Below the pieces are notes generated by a model. That model ran no database searches. It worked only from the letters and a program-made list of their open reading frames with translations, and was not told the DNA's origin. DNA of 64,000 bases from an uncultured Pseudomonadota bacterium (GTDB taxonomy: Bacteria; Oederibacteriota; Muellerivitia; Muellerivitales; Muellerivitaceae), in NCBI GenBank assembly GCA_963843375.1, contig CAWJKT010000008.1, positions 64,001 to 128,000 of the forward strand, given 5' to 3'. How positions within the stretch are numbered: the stretch's first letter is position 1; every line of letters begins with the position of its first letter. Of the stretch, positions 1 to 10,831 are shown in pieces. A program made the position numbers and the translations under genes.

Positions 1-505
1 CCACCACTGATTTATCGCAATCGGCGATTTTTTGTTGAATGTCCTTTTTGTCCTCGGCGGCCTTTTTCTCAGCCACAACCAGTTCTTGGCTTAGGTTTTG
101 AATATAAACCTTTTGTTCGTCTTCTTTAAAAAGGGACTCCAATACCTTTTCCTCAATCTTCGCCTTATCCTCTTTGCTTTTTTCGATTTCCTGTTTGAGA
201 GCCGTGAATTGTTCGTTGCTTTTGACTTCATTCTGCTGTCCCAGGTATTTGGAGATTTTTGTCTCGAGTGTCCCGGCTTCAATCTCCTGGGTCTTGCGTT
301 GTTTCAAAAGGTCTTCCATCTTCTTTTTTTCGTTTTGGAGATGGTTTTTCAAGGCAAGGACATTGGTTTCCAAAGTGGAGATTTCTTGGAGAAACCCTTT
401 TTTAATCCGTTCCAATTCATCGAATCCAGAGTCTGTCTTTTGTAGTTCAACCAGTTTTTGCAAAGTTTCGGCGAAATCCAAGGAATACCCTTTCTTTACC
501 GGCAT
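1..505 (-). CDS. Coiled-coil, C4 zinc-ribbon family (DUF164/CT398-like) protein, N-terminal part; runs off window; one apparent frameshift
   Basis: Manual translation from ATG at 505: MPVKKGYSLDFAETLQKLVELQKTDSGFDELE..., then after a shift in the A-run near 325, ...QNEVKSNEQFTALKQEIEK...; both motifs are typical of this family. Confidence 0.6.
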   Translation of the reverse strand, partial: MPVKKGYSLDFAETLQKLVELQKTDSGFDELERIKKGFLQEISTLETNVLALKNHLQNEKKKMEDLLKQRKTQEIEAGTLETKISKYLGQQNEVKSNEQFTALKQEIEKSKEDKAKIEEKVLESLFKEDEQKVYIQNLSQELVVAEKKAAEDKKDIQQKIADCDKSVV

Positions 506-641
506 TGATCATTCCGGTGGATTTGAAGTTTAACATGAGGAAGGGCCTTTTCCCCAACAAATGTAAGTGCAAGCGATGGCTTTCAGGGGAAAACCATTGT
601 TAAAATACGACTGGTTTTCAACTTCAATCTTCCGAGGTCCC

Positions 642-1121
642 ATGAACGAAGAAGCAAAAAAGAAACTATTGCGGATGATTCCCCACGCGCTTTATTTGCT
701 GACTAGTCGCGCCAACGGTCAAACGGCCGCCGCCACGGTCAGTTGGGTTACCCAGGCTTCCTTCCAACCGCCCCTCGTGGCCGTGGGGCTCAAAAAAGAA
801 TCCCGCACCTTTGAAGTCGTGAAATTAGCCCAAGGCTTTGCTTTGAATTTTCTGGGAAAAGACCAAAAGGATATTGCCCAAAAATTTTTCAAGCACGTGG
901 AACCGGAAGCAAACCGCTTGGCAGGCGAGCTTTTTCAGGGAAGCCCTGTTTTAAACCACCCCGTCTTCCCTCACTTGGCGGGTTTCATTGAATGCAGGTC
1001 CATCGGATGCGTGGAAAAAGGAGATCACATTGTGGTCGTCGCCGAGGTTTTGGAGGCGGAGGCTGGGGCGGCCGAGGGGCCCCTTTTACTCTCCACGACG
1101 GGTTGGAATTATGGCGGTTAA
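642..1121 (+). CDS. Flavin reductase-like (DIM6/NTAB family) protein
   Basis: SWVTQASFQPPLVAV and GDH motifs, ends GWNYGG; ATG 642 follows GAGG. Confidence 0.85.
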   Translation: MNEEAKKKLLRMIPHALYLLTSRANGQTAAATVSWVTQASFQPPLVAVGLKKESRTFEVVKLAQGFALNFLGKDQKDIAQKFFKHVEPEANRLAGELFQGSPVLNHPVFPHLAGFIECRSIGCVEKGDHIVVVAEVLEAEAGAAEGPLLLSTTGWNYGG

Positions 1122-1699
1122 TTGGAACTTAATTTTTGCAGCAAGGTTTCAAGGTTGGCGGACTTTTCAACCTTAATCTCAAAGCCCGTGCGTTTTTGCG
1201 GGTCTTTTTCATGAAGCATTAAATACCCACCCCCATCATAGAGACGGTTCAAAAAGGGGTTCAGAGTTTCTTCCAATATTCCAAGACTCTCGGGGTTATA
1301 GGGCGCTTCCAGTCGGTCGTTCACAAAAACCTGAAGATGATTGGGAGTGAATTTTATTTTTCCTTTAAATTCCGGCTCCTTTTCCAATATCGAACAAGCC
1401 GCGAGCGCCCGCCGGAAAGCTGTTTTCAGATGGTCTTCAGCGCTTTTTCCAGTCGTCCTCTTCTGGTTATAAAGGAAGCCACGTTTGCCATTTTCCTCGT
1501 CCAAGCTGTAATTGGCCTCATGGGCTATCAAGAGTACCCCCGGTCCCTGGTACACGTGGGTATATTCAGCCACATCCACCAATAATCCCTCCAACTTATC
1601 TTCTTGAATCCAACGGTGGAAAACAGGAATAAAGGCTGCCAGGGGAATATCCATCCCTTTTTCGATAAAAAACTTCACATTTATTTTTTGAAGATTCAT
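1118..1699 (-). CDS. Conserved hypothetical protein downstream of sulfite/nitrite reductase
   Basis: ORF from MNLQKINVKFF; DVAEYTHVYQGPGVLLIAHE looks like a conserved core; co-oriented 40 bp after the reductase. Confidence 0.65.
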   Translation of the reverse strand: MNLQKINVKFFIEKGMDIPLAAFIPVFHRWIQEDKLEGLLVDVAEYTHVYQGPGVLLIAHEANYSLDEENGKRGFLYNQKRTTGKSAEDHLKTAFRRALAACSILEKEPEFKGKIKFTPNHLQVFVNDRLEAPYNPESLGILEETLNPFLNRLYDGGGYLMLHEKDPQKRTGFEIKVEKSANLETLLQKLSSN

Positions 1700-1739
1700 T
1701 CGTTTTCCTTGTTTATCATTTTCCGAGTAACGGCGCGGG

Positions 1740-3986
1740 TTACGGAGCGGCATTAACCGCGTAACTGTGAGCCGCCTCCAGGAACAGCTGGGCTTCTTCG
1801 ACCCTCCGGTGAGCCTCGTCGAAATTGGGGTTTTCGAGTTTATGGTCGTGCGCCTTAAACAAGTAAGCGGCAAATTGGGTGTTATTCACGTGCTTGACGA
1901 ACTCCCCGGTGTCAAAGAACCATTTCTTAAACTCAGCAATCGTTGCGTCTGGTTTTCCCACCCATTCCCGGTCACGTGTCCGGACCACTCCTTCAGTGGA
2001 AAAGATCATGGATTCATAAGCCAAGGCCACCGCTTCTTTTAATTCTTTTGCATCAAGCTTAATTTGGGCTTCAAAAACCTTGCCTTCGGCGGCAGTGAGG
2101 GAAAATTCGGAGGGGGCAACCACCTCGCCTGCGCACTCGCCTTTTCCGATATCGGCGATGGTGTATTCTCGGATATCGCCCCAGTCGGTAAATAAATCGG
2201 GTTCGGCCTCATGGGAAGGAATGACCATAAGATCAGCCAGGAGATTTTTGATCTCCACCTTGCCGACCCGTTGAACAAAACTTTGAAAGGTTTCGTCCTT
2301 TTGGCGTCCCTGGACGTATTTATCGATCAAACGCTTGACTGTCTCTGGAATGCGTTTCGAAGGAATCGCGGCCACCGCCAGCCCGTAAGAACCACCGTTG
2401 TTTTTCCATTGTCCACCCAGGACCAATTGAAAATGAGGCACGGTGTAGGAACCCGCCTTGCGGGAGACCCCGTAAAATCCCAGGTCCGAAATATGGTGCT
2501 GGCCGCAAGAATTGGGACAACCGCTCACTTTGAGCTTGAGATTTTTCACGTCCTCCGGAAATTCGGACATCATTGCGTCCAGCCGGTTGGAAAGCTCTCG
2601 GGCAAGCCCGCGAGAAGCTGAAATCCCTAACTTACAGGTATCGGTGCCGGGACAGGAGGTAATATCCGAAATGCTATTGGCGCCCCCTTGAGCCAAGCCG
2701 ATGACTTGAAGTTCCTGGAAAAAGGCGGGCAAGTCAGCTTCACTCACCCATCGGAATAGGAGATTTTGTTCGACAGAAGTTCGGACAGTGTCCTTCACGT
2801 ACTTGCGGGCAATTCCTGCCAACACCCTTAACTGGGTTGCGGTCAGGTCCCCCAGGGGTACCCTTACGTGAACCGAAACATAACCATACTGGGGCTGTTG
2901 GTAAGCGTTTGTTTTCTTCCAGTCCAAAAAACCCTTCGGAAATGAGGAGGCCCGAAGATTGGCTGCCTTGTGAGCGGGCTTTTCCTCTTCCTTAAGATAA
3001 TAATCGATGAGGCTGGTCCAACGGGGATCGTGGTTTAAAACGGCTCTTTCTTCGACGATTAATTTTTTGAACTCTTCGATACCAAGTTTTGCCACCAGGA
3101 ACTTAATGCGAGCCATTCCCCGGATTTTCTTTTCACCCAATCGGCCATAAACCCGGGCCACCGCTTGGGTCATCGGGAGCATTTCCTCAACCGGGAGATT
3201 TTCGAAAAGCAATTTGGCGTTATAGGGGACGGGCCCCAGTCCGCCTCCAACGTAAACATCAAAGGCCTTTTTTTCCTTGCCGTCCACTATGGTTTTCTTG
3301 GCGATAAATCCCATATCGTGCATGTTGACTAAACCACAAGCTTCCCCAGCACAGCCGGAAAAAGCGATCTTGAACTTACGGCCAAAATCCTGGGCGTCCG
3401 GATGGCCCAGCATGAATTTGAAGATAGCCTTGGAATAAGGGGTCACGTCGAAGGATTCGGTGCGGCAGACCCCGGCAATCGGACAGGCCGTCACATTTCG
3501 GACCGAATTGCCGCAGGCCTCTCGGGTGGTAATCCCCACGGAGGCCAGACGGCGCATAATGTTGGGGGTATCTTCCACGTGGATGAAGTGGAGCTGAAAA
3601 TCCTGCCGGGTTGTGATATGGCCGATGCCGTCCGAATATTCCTCGGTTAGGTCCGCCATGACATCTAATTGGTCCGCGGTCACTCCGCCCCAAGGAAACT
3701 TGATGCGCTGCATGCCGGGAGCGTCCCAATAGGTATCCGGGCCCTTCCAGGTGCCTTGTGAGGGATATTTCAATTTGCGGATTTGTTTGCCATCGTTTCG
3801 CTGGCCGTTGTCATAACGCTGACCATAAGCGCCGCGGCGCAGTCGGGTTTCGGCGAAAATGCGCGGTTCAACCTTGCCTTGTTTGTTCAACTCGATTTGG
3901 GCCTCGAATTCTTCTATTTCCTTGGCCCAATCTGGAGGCATGGCGTCTTGAAGTTTATTTTTCCAGCTTTTGGACTTGTTACTCAT
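1740..3986 (-). CDS. Siroheme/[4Fe-4S] nitrite/sulfite reductase with C-terminal extension
   Basis: HITTRQDFQLH, RNVTACP, RKFKIAFSGC, SCPGTDTC, SGCPNSCGQH motifs. Confidence 0.9.
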   Translation of the reverse strand: MSNKSKSWKNKLQDAMPPDWAKEIEEFEAQIELNKQGKVEPRIFAETRLRRGAYGQRYDNGQRNDGKQIRKLKYPSQGTWKGPDTYWDAPGMQRIKFPWGGVTADQLDVMADLTEEYSDGIGHITTRQDFQLHFIHVEDTPNIMRRLASVGITTREACGNSVRNVTACPIAGVCRTESFDVTPYSKAIFKFMLGHPDAQDFGRKFKIAFSGCAGEACGLVNMHDMGFIAKKTIVDGKEKKAFDVYVGGGLGPVPYNAKLLFENLPVEEMLPMTQAVARVYGRLGEKKIRGMARIKFLVAKLGIEEFKKLIVEERAVLNHDPRWTSLIDYYLKEEEKPAHKAANLRASSFPKGFLDWKKTNAYQQPQYGYVSVHVRVPLGDLTATQLRVLAGIARKYVKDTVRTSVEQNLLFRWVSEADLPAFFQELQVIGLAQGGANSISDITSCPGTDTCKLGISASRGLARELSNRLDAMMSEFPEDVKNLKLKVSGCPNSCGQHHISDLGFYGVSRKAGSYTVPHFQLVLGGQWKNNGGSYGLAVAAIPSKRIPETVKRLIDKYVQGRQKDETFQSFVQRVGKVEIKNLLADLMVIPSHEAEPDLFTDWGDIREYTIADIGKGECAGEVVAPSEFSLTAAEGKVFEAQIKLDAKELKEAVALAYESMIFSTEGVVRTRDREWVGKPDATIAEFKKWFFDTGEFVKHVNNTQFAAYLFKAHDHKLENPNFDEAHRRVEEAQLFLEAAHSYAVNAAP

Positions 3987-4070
3987 GGTTTTCTTTCTTT
4001 ATTCAGTTTAAGGAAAAAGGGTTAAGTGAGCGTCATTTGTACACTATCGGCCCCTTCAAAATCAATCAAC

Positions 4071-4631
4071 TTATTCCCTCGCCTTCCATTCGCTGAATCG
4101 GCGACCCATTTGAAGAATATGGTGTTCCAAATGCCAAATATTTAAGCCCACCAAGTATTCCAATGAAAGCAGGCCCCACTCCGGATGCCTCACCTTTCCC
4201 CGCCATGCCTTGGGAGGAATCCTCTTTAAAAGATCGGAATTGGACTTGCGCAAAAGCAATATCAAATCCCTCGCCTGTTCGGGATTAGCCTTGGAATAAA
4301 AAAGCTTGTCCGCCCACTTATTCTGGTCATAGGGGGAAACGACCCCCCCCGGTTCGGCAACAGCCCGGCGCAAGCGAACATAAAGGTTGGCTTCCTGGTC
4401 CGCCAGATGCCAAAGGACTTGGGTTATGGTCCAATTCCCTTTTTGGGCAGTGAAATGCCACATGGCTTGGGGGTACTTTCGAAGGATCTCGCGTACTTTT
4501 TCCGAACCTCGCGCGAATGCGGTCCTTTTTCGGGAACGGCTCCAACCTTGAACCGTTTTTTTCAAAGCCGCGACTTCTTGTTCCCGCAAGCCCGAAGCCT
4601 TAATAAATCCAGAATGAATGGGAATAGGCAT
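4071..4631 (-). CDS. DinB/YfiT-family putative metal-binding protein
   Basis: WTITQVLWHLADQE...PYDQNKWA...HPEWG...WHLEHH. Confidence 0.8.
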   Translation of the reverse strand: MPIPIHSGFIKASGLREQEVAALKKTVQGWSRSRKRTAFARGSEKVREILRKYPQAMWHFTAQKGNWTITQVLWHLADQEANLYVRLRRAVAEPGGVVSPYDQNKWADKLFYSKANPEQARDLILLLRKSNSDLLKRIPPKAWRGKVRHPEWGLLSLEYLVGLNIWHLEHHILQMGRRFSEWKARE

Positions 4632-4716
4632 TTGATTTCTCCCGGGGACTAAGTTTGAATGATTATCATGGAAAAGGTCGTATTCGAATTCAAGACGTGA
4701 GGAGTAATTTGGTTTT

Positions 4717-5458
4717 TTATCCCGCCACGACCACCACTCGATTTTCCTTTTCAGGATTCTCCAAGGGTGATTGAAGATCATCCATTCGGTGAAAGTAAAC
4801 CTCGTGGAAACCTTCCCGGGCCAGCCATAAAGACAAATCCGTCAGGGGATAGGACCGGTTCACGATCTTTTCCGCGAAAGGTCGTCCTTCCACCTCGCCC
4901 TTCAGTTGCATGACTGCCAATCCCCTCACGCAATCGAATTCGCCCTGGGCCTCGACCTCTTCCCCTTCCCACTGGGCTGATTCCGGGTAAACCCACTCCC
5001 TTAAGCCCGTAAGGGTGTGAAAGTCGAAAACAAATCGGGCTCCCTTGGTCAGGCAACCACGCACGGAACGAAAGCAACTCCTTAATTTCTCCTCGGAATC
5101 CAGATGGTTCAGAGCGTTATAGGTGGAAAAGACCATGCTAAAGTCTCCGCCGATTTGAAAATGGGCGATGTCTTCCAATAAAAATCGTCCTTTGTGCCCG
5201 GCGACATAACGCCAGCAGCGGTTTTCGGCCAACATCAACATATAGGGGGAAAGGTCCAATCCCACATAGGTATAACCCGCCTCAAGAAAATGAAAAGCCA
5301 AACGGCCGGTCCCACACCCTAAATCCAGGATAGGTAGACGGCTGAAAGCGGTCGGTTGGGAGGAGAAAATAACTCAATAGAAGGGGCGCCGCTTTTTCGG
5401 TATAAATTCCGAAATGACGGTCGTAAAACTTGGCGAACGATTCACCATAAAGGTTCAT
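4717..5458 (-). CDS. Class I SAM-dependent methyltransferase (apparent frameshift near 5365)
   Basis: MNLYGESFAKFYD N-terminus in one frame, ILDLGCGTGRLA and GLDLSPYML in the next. Confidence 0.75.
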
Positions 5459-5487
5459 GGTGGCCTGCCTTGGGGCTTACTGCGGGT

Positions 5488-5851
5488 TTAAAAATCCACT
5501 TCATTCTTAATGAGAAAGAAAAGACGGGAGAATCGGAATGAATCGTGTTTTAAGTGTCGACAAAATGATTCAGCGTTTACCGGAACGCATATCATAATAA
5601 ACGCCCTTACCCTTGGCCTTGGCTGCAAATCGAGGACCCCTTTTTCTTGGCAGAATTCCCGCTCGCTGAAAGGAAGGTTTTGTTCTTCCCTCACCGCGCT
5701 GCCGCGGGTTCCGCAATCCACGCAAAGATAATCGATCTCAACCTGGGTGGGAGCTTTAGGCCTTGGAAATGAGGACTCTCCCGTTTACCATTTTCACGTT
5801 GCCCTCGCAGGAATGGCAATGGATGCTCTGGGCGTATTTAACGGCTTTCAT
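5488..5851 (-). CDS. Small putative zinc-binding protein (CHSC ... CVDC), frameshifted; 3' end uncertain
   Basis: MKAVKYAQSIHCHSCEG after AAGGAG RBS; second CxxC in an adjacent frame. Confidence 0.35.
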
Positions 5852-6065
5852 CGGCTGCTCCTTCGTTTCAAAAAAACTAAAAGTGGGAAAATTTTCCCGA
5901 AAAATTAAGATGTGGTGAATGATTTGTGGTTTAAGTGAAGAGGGAAAAGTATAGGCTCCTTCACCCTTAAACTCAAGGATGTTAGAAAATGGGTAAGTTG
6001 GAATGAATTTTGTCTTAGGAACCTTATCGTTCAACCCAGAAAAGCCCTTATTCGAAGGGCAAATA

Positions 6066-6098
6066 AAAAAAGCCCCTGGACTTGTGATCCAGGGGCTT
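6066..6098 (-). terminator. Rho-independent terminator
   Basis: AAGCCCCTGGA/TCCAGGGGCTT stem with T-run on minus strand. Confidence 0.7.
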
Positions 6099-6108
6099 AT
6101 GACCCGCA

Positions 6109-6348
6109 TCAGGTGGGAGAGACATCCCACCCACCCGCGAGTCGAAGAGTTACTTGGCTGGCTGGGGCGGTTGGCGCGGCGGCGCGGAGCGGCATCGTCT
6201 TTTTGCCCTTCTTACCCTTTTTAGACTTTTTGCTCTTGTGGCTGGTCTTCGTCGGCGAGCTTGTCGTAGTGGTTCCCTGAGCGAGAACCAAACCAGTTGT
6301 GCTACCCAAGAACAACACCGTCATCAAGGCTGCGATTAACTTTTTCAT
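6109..6348 (-). CDS. Small exported Lys/Thr-rich protein
   Basis: Signal peptide MKKLIAALMTVLFLGSTTGLVLAQ, GGAGG RBS, low-complexity KKSKKGKKGKK. Confidence 0.6.
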   Translation of the reverse strand: MKKLIAALMTVLFLGSTTGLVLAQGTTTTSSPTKTSHKSKKSKKGKKGKKTMPLRAAAPTAPASQVTLRLAGGWDVSPT

Positions 6349-6476
6349 CTGAATCCTCCAGACCCTTTCGGGTTCTTTCATTTTTGGGATCAACTGCTTC
6401 CCTGAGTATAAGACGGGGCGGGTGGGCAAAAAGTTGCAAAGCGGGAATAGGCCTATTATCGGCAATAAAAGGGCTT

Positions 6477-7547
6477 TTACCTTTTGGCTGCAGCCACCGC
6501 AGGAGCGGATAGAATCATTTTCCGGATTTCCTTCCCGATTCCGATCATCGTCAATTGGTTGAGGGGGAATTCCAAAAAGACGTGGGTAAAACTCAGAAAA
6601 AATAACCATTGAAGCCCGACCGAATAGTTATAACCATAAAGTCCCAGTGACACTGCCCAAAGCGCCAAAATCCCTAAGGCGCGTCCGCGGGGGATCGCAT
6701 GCCATCCGATGATGGAAGTCTTGGAGAACCAATTGAGGTAGTGGTAGGTATAGGAAAAAGAGATGAACGACATGAGCGCAAGGGCCATTGGATTTTGGTA
6801 TAGGAACCCGTTGACGTTTTTGACAAACTCCGAAAGCGGAAGCTGGCCCTGACCGAAATCCTGCGGCCTCAAAAGTTTCGCGATATAAAAATTGACCGAG
6901 ATAAAAGGGCTGGAGCCGATTCCATTGTCTTTCAAGTATCCGTAGTTATCCCGGACATAATCACTCACGTGGTAACCCAAATGGGCCGGATGGAAGAAGA
7001 AAAACCCGAAGGCTAAACCGGCAAAAACAACAAGGGAGGCCAAACCGGATGCGCTTTTGCCCCGCAAAGCCCCGATGAGAATGAACATCCCCGTAAAGAG
7101 GAAGACATGGATCAAAGTGGGCAAAAACAATCCAACGATCACTTGAAAAGCCGGTGATTGGTTGAAAAAAAACAAGGCCAAAACCACCGGCAAAAACGCC
7201 AAGAGCCGGGTTCCGTTATTTTTTAAAAGGACAAATAGGAGCGCCCCCAGAAAAGCCAAACCGGTGAAAAACTCGATAGTCCCCTTCGGGGCGAAAGGAA
7301 TCCAGCCGAAATAAAGCGCGGTGATGATGACCGCGGTTCCCAACAAAAAAAGGTAATCATACCGGCCACGAGTAAAATAACTTTTGTCGTGAAGCCAGGA
7401 GATTTCAGTGAGGTAATGAAGAGGTCCCAGAACCGCATAAGCCAAAAGGAACAGTTCGAATGGAAAAAGAAAGGCCAGAAAGGCAGAAAGAATCATGAGG
7501 CCGATATTGATATAGTTAACTTGGTTCGCGTTGAGTGAAATAGCCAT
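6477..7547 (-). CDS. Multi-pass membrane protein, hypothetical
   Basis: Many hydrophobic segments; His-containing motifs LGPLHYLTEISWLH and YTYHYLNWFSKT. Confidence 0.7.
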   Translation of the reverse strand: MAISLNANQVNYINIGLMILSAFLAFLFPFELFLLAYAVLGPLHYLTEISWLHDKSYFTRGRYDYLFLLGTAVIITALYFGWIPFAPKGTIEFFTGLAFLGALLFVLLKNNGTRLLAFLPVVLALFFFNQSPAFQVIVGLFLPTLIHVFLFTGMFILIGALRGKSASGLASLVVFAGLAFGFFFFHPAHLGYHVSDYVRDNYGYLKDNGIGSSPFISVNFYIAKLLRPQDFGQGQLPLSEFVKNVNGFLYQNPMALALMSFISFSYTYHYLNWFSKTSIIGWHAIPRGRALGILALWAVSLGLYGYNYSVGLQWLFFLSFTHVFLEFPLNQLTMIGIGKEIRKMILSAPAVAAAKR

Positions 7548-7715
7548 AGGATAACAGTCGCTTTCTCTAGAACCCTTCATGGAATGGCCTGAAACCCTTT
7601 CAGGGCGCTCAAAGGTTCCTCCGGATTATTTTAAGACAGCTTTCTCACTTCCATATAAAAAAGAGAAAAGGTATTCTTGGGTGCCTTAAGTTTACCCCAA
7701 CCTAAAGGAATCGGA

Positions 7716-9707
7716 ATGTCACGCGTGGGAATCGAACAACAAAGGGGATTGGTTTATCCCAATCACCAGGTGGAGCCCTGGATCAGCGGAACCTTCCACT
7801 ATTGGCGTGTCAATCCAGCGCTTTGGGCGGACATCCTGGATAACATCAAGGCCATGGGTTTCGGCATGGTAGAAACCTATATCCCCTGGGGCTTGCATGA
7901 AATCGAGCGGGGAAAATTCGAATTTGGTGAAAAAGAGCCCTCTAAAAATCTTGAAAAATTTATCCAACAAGTCCACCAGGCAGGCCTCAAATTGGTCGTG
8001 CGGCCAGGGCCCCACATCAACGCCGAACTGACCTGTTTCGGCTATCCACCCCGAATCGTTTACGACCCCGCCATCGTGGCCAAGGAAGCCTCCGGTGCCT
8101 TTTCGGTTCATGACGCCTATCCCAAAGCTTTCGGCAATCCCAGCTACGCCTCCAAAAAATTATATGAGGAAACCGCCCTTTGGTTTGACGCCCTGGCGCC
8201 CATCCTCGAGCGCAACCTTTATCCGAACGGGCCCATCGTGGCCCTCCAAGTGGATAACGAGACCGGCTATTACTTCCGCACCGGCGCTTACTTGATGGAT
8301 TACGGCGATGATTCCATCCGCTGGTACCGGACCTTTCTGGAAAAACGCTATGGAACCATTAAAGTCCTTAATGAGGTCTATGGAAGCCACCACGAATCCT
8401 TCGCAACCATTGAAGCTCCCCGGTGCTTTGAGGGCGAAAAGCTCAAAGACCTTCCTTATTACCTGGACTGGAGCCGCTACAAGGAGTGGCAGATCAACGA
8501 ATGTTTGCGAATCATCGGCAACATGTGGCGGGAAAGGGGCGTGGATGGAATCCCGTTTTTTCATAATTTCTTCGGGCCGACGAACAGCCCCTACAATACC
8601 AACGATGCCGAGAACGGGGATTATGGCCTGGACGTTGTCGGCGTGGACGATTACCCCCGCAAGGAACAGTACCTGACCACCTCCCGAAAGGCCAGTTATC
8701 TGGCCGGCACCTCCAAACTTCCATTCATCCCCGAGTTCGGGTCGGGCTGTTGGTGCCTGCCTCTTTGGGAGAACACTTTCACGGTTGAGGACGAACGTTT
8801 CACAACCCCACTCCTTTTCATGTTCGGACTAAAGGCCATCAATTATTACATGATCGTGGAAAGGGATCGTTGGATGGGAAGTCCCATCACGGTGGACAAC
8901 AAAATCCGGGCTCCTTATTTTGACCTCTACCGGCAGTGGAACACTTTTTTAAGAAATTATCAGTTCCACCAATGGGATCTGCAAAGCGACCTCCTTATCC
9001 TGGCCAACTACGACACGGAGCGGACCTTAAAGGCCTTGAAACTGGTCGAAAACCATTTCCTCCACTTTCTGCCTGAAGAAGCGGGATATCAGGAAAACCA
9101 GTCCATCTTTCCCTATCGCCTGGAGGAGGAACATCCCCGCTGGGCGGAAAACCAATGGTCCTACGCTTTGAAACATCACCTGCCCCTTCATTGTTCCGAT
9201 ACCCTTCTGCCTTACGAAAAAATGAAAGGTCATAAAGCCGTTTGGGTGGTGACTTTTGAAATCTTGGATAAAAAAGCCCAAGAAAACCTCCGCCGATTCG
9301 CCGAGGAGGGCGGAACCGTGATCCTGGGGCCCCTTGTCCCCTCACTGGATGAAAACCTCCACCCCTTTTCAGCTTTTAGTGAACTAAAAAGCGGCACCGA
9401 AGCCAATATCGGCAAAGGCAAGTTCGTGCTTCTCCAGAAATGGGACGAAAAGGAAGTTGAAAAAGCTATGATTGGATCGAACATTCAACCCATCATGGAA
9501 GGCCTCCCATCCGAAATCCTGGTCACCCACTTTAATAAAAACGGGAAAGTAATTTATTTCCTGGCCAATCCCGGGGATAAAGAAGTGCCTTTCACCCCCC
9601 ATTGCAAACTAATCCCACTCTATGGCGTGACCGATGGGAAGGTTTTTACCCAGAGGGGCATTACCCTTCAACCCTGGTCCGTAACGGTCTGGGAGGCAGT
9701 CTCATGA
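7716..9707 (+). CDS. Beta-galactosidase-like glycoside hydrolase (GH35/GH42 clan A)
   Basis: HYWRV, VETYIPWGLHE, RPGPHINAE, LQVDNE (acid/base), PEFGSG (nucleophile). Confidence 0.85.
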   Translation: MSRVGIEQQRGLVYPNHQVEPWISGTFHYWRVNPALWADILDNIKAMGFGMVETYIPWGLHEIERGKFEFGEKEPSKNLEKFIQQVHQAGLKLVVRPGPHINAELTCFGYPPRIVYDPAIVAKEASGAFSVHDAYPKAFGNPSYASKKLYEETALWFDALAPILERNLYPNGPIVALQVDNETGYYFRTGAYLMDYGDDSIRWYRTFLEKRYGTIKVLNEVYGSHHESFATIEAPRCFEGEKLKDLPYYLDWSRYKEWQINECLRIIGNMWRERGVDGIPFFHNFFGPTNSPYNTNDAENGDYGLDVVGVDDYPRKEQYLTTSRKASYLAGTSKLPFIPEFGSGCWCLPLWENTFTVEDERFTTPLLFMFGLKAINYYMIVERDRWMGSPITVDNKIRAPYFDLYRQWNTFLRNYQFHQWDLQSDLLILANYDTERTLKALKLVENHFLHFLPEEAGYQENQSIFPYRLEEEHPRWAENQWSYALKHHLPLHCSDTLLPYEKMKGHKAVWVVTFEILDKKAQENLRRFAEEGGTVILGPLVPSLDENLHPFSAFSELKSGTEANIGKGKFVLLQKWDEKEVEKAMIGSNIQPIMEGLPSEILVTHFNKNGKVIYFLANPGDKEVPFTPHCKLIPLYGVTDGKVFTQRGITLQPWSVTVWEAVS

Positions 9708-10444
9708 TCCATCCCGACGTTCTCTTCGAGCATATCGACATCACCCATGCGAGGCACTTCGTGGATATTTCCAAAATCGCCCAGCCCAATCCCCGTGTTC
9801 TTTACGTTCTGCATGAAAAGGGGAAGGTTTTAAAAGCCTGGGATAGCCAAAAGGGCCGGACCACGATAGGCGAAACCATCAAGCCTTCCCTCACACTGGC
9901 GGAAGAGTTGAGGAAAAGCCACGGCGTTGACGAGGTTCAATTGATTGATCAACAGGGTTTCCGGGACTATTACAAGCAGGCCTTGGATTTGACGAAAGCC
10001 CAGGAACTCACTGGCTACGACTTCAAGGAACGCACCCGGCAGTTGAAGAACACCCAGGGCGAGGGCCTGATCATTCATCCCCCTCGGGAAAGTTACGATT
10101 ATTACCACTACATTGAACGGTCCCGGCAATTCGTGGCCCAAAAGCTCAAACCCGACTGTATCTTCCTATTAGGAGTTTACAATTCGAAGGATTGGTGGAC
10201 TTCCCTGGTGGCGGTGTTTACCGCCGGGCAAATCACCTATTTTTCGACCTTCGAGTATTTCCCAATGGAAAAGCTCGGCATGTCGGACTCGCCCAAGACC
10301 CACGAGGCCCTGATCCAAACCGCCGCCCAAACCTTTAAAAAACCATCTTTTGGGATGTTCCTGCCCAAGTCTGATTTTGAGAAGTACGCCCAAAACCAAT
10401 GGCGTGGGTTGGGACAAACACCTCTTTTAAAATTCCCGAAATAA
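9704..10444 (+). CDS. Hypothetical protein coupled to the glycoside hydrolase
   Basis: ATGA overlap with upstream stop; 246 codons. Confidence 0.65.
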   Translation: MIHPDVLFEHIDITHARHFVDISKIAQPNPRVLYVLHEKGKVLKAWDSQKGRTTIGETIKPSLTLAEELRKSHGVDEVQLIDQQGFRDYYKQALDLTKAQELTGYDFKERTRQLKNTQGEGLIIHPPRESYDYYHYIERSRQFVAQKLKPDCIFLLGVYNSKDWWTSLVAVFTAGQITYFSTFEYFPMEKLGMSDSPKTHEALIQTAAQTFKKPSFGMFLPKSDFEKYAQNQWRGLGQTPLLKFPK

Positions 10445-10445
10445 A

Positions 10446-10775
10446 TTATTTCTTCGTTTTAGAGGTTAAAAAATCTCGGTTCGCCCGGACCGTCTTTGCC
10501 TTGCCGGCCTTAAAATCCTCTAAATCCTTCAGCATTTCCTTTTCTTCCCGGGGGGAAGCGGGCCGGAACCGCAGGGAAGCGGTGTGTTTCATGACCACTT
10601 CATGGATTTCACGGGCGATCTTATTGGCTTGGGTATTTTGGCCCAACTCGTCGTAAAGCGTTTTTTCGACCGCATGGTCGATAAAGGCGTTGACGCTACG
10701 GTATTTCAGCTTATGAACAGCAAATTTCTCAAGCAATTTCCGGTCCATTTTGGTGCGGTAGGAAATAACGCTCAT
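10446..10775 (-). CDS. Putative antitoxin (RHH-like N-terminus)
   Basis: YRSVNAFIDHAVEKTL helix; C-terminal EEKEMLKDLEDFKAGK resembles antitoxin tails. Confidence 0.45.
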   Translation of the reverse strand: MSVISYRTKMDRKLLEKFAVHKLKYRSVNAFIDHAVEKTLYDELGQNTQANKIAREIHEVVMKHTASLRFRPASPREEKEMLKDLEDFKAGKAKTVRANRDFLTSKTKK

Positions 10776-10831
10776 CGAGACCCCCTTGGTTCCAAACCAA
10801 TTGTAGTCTCTTTGTATTACATTTTCAACAT

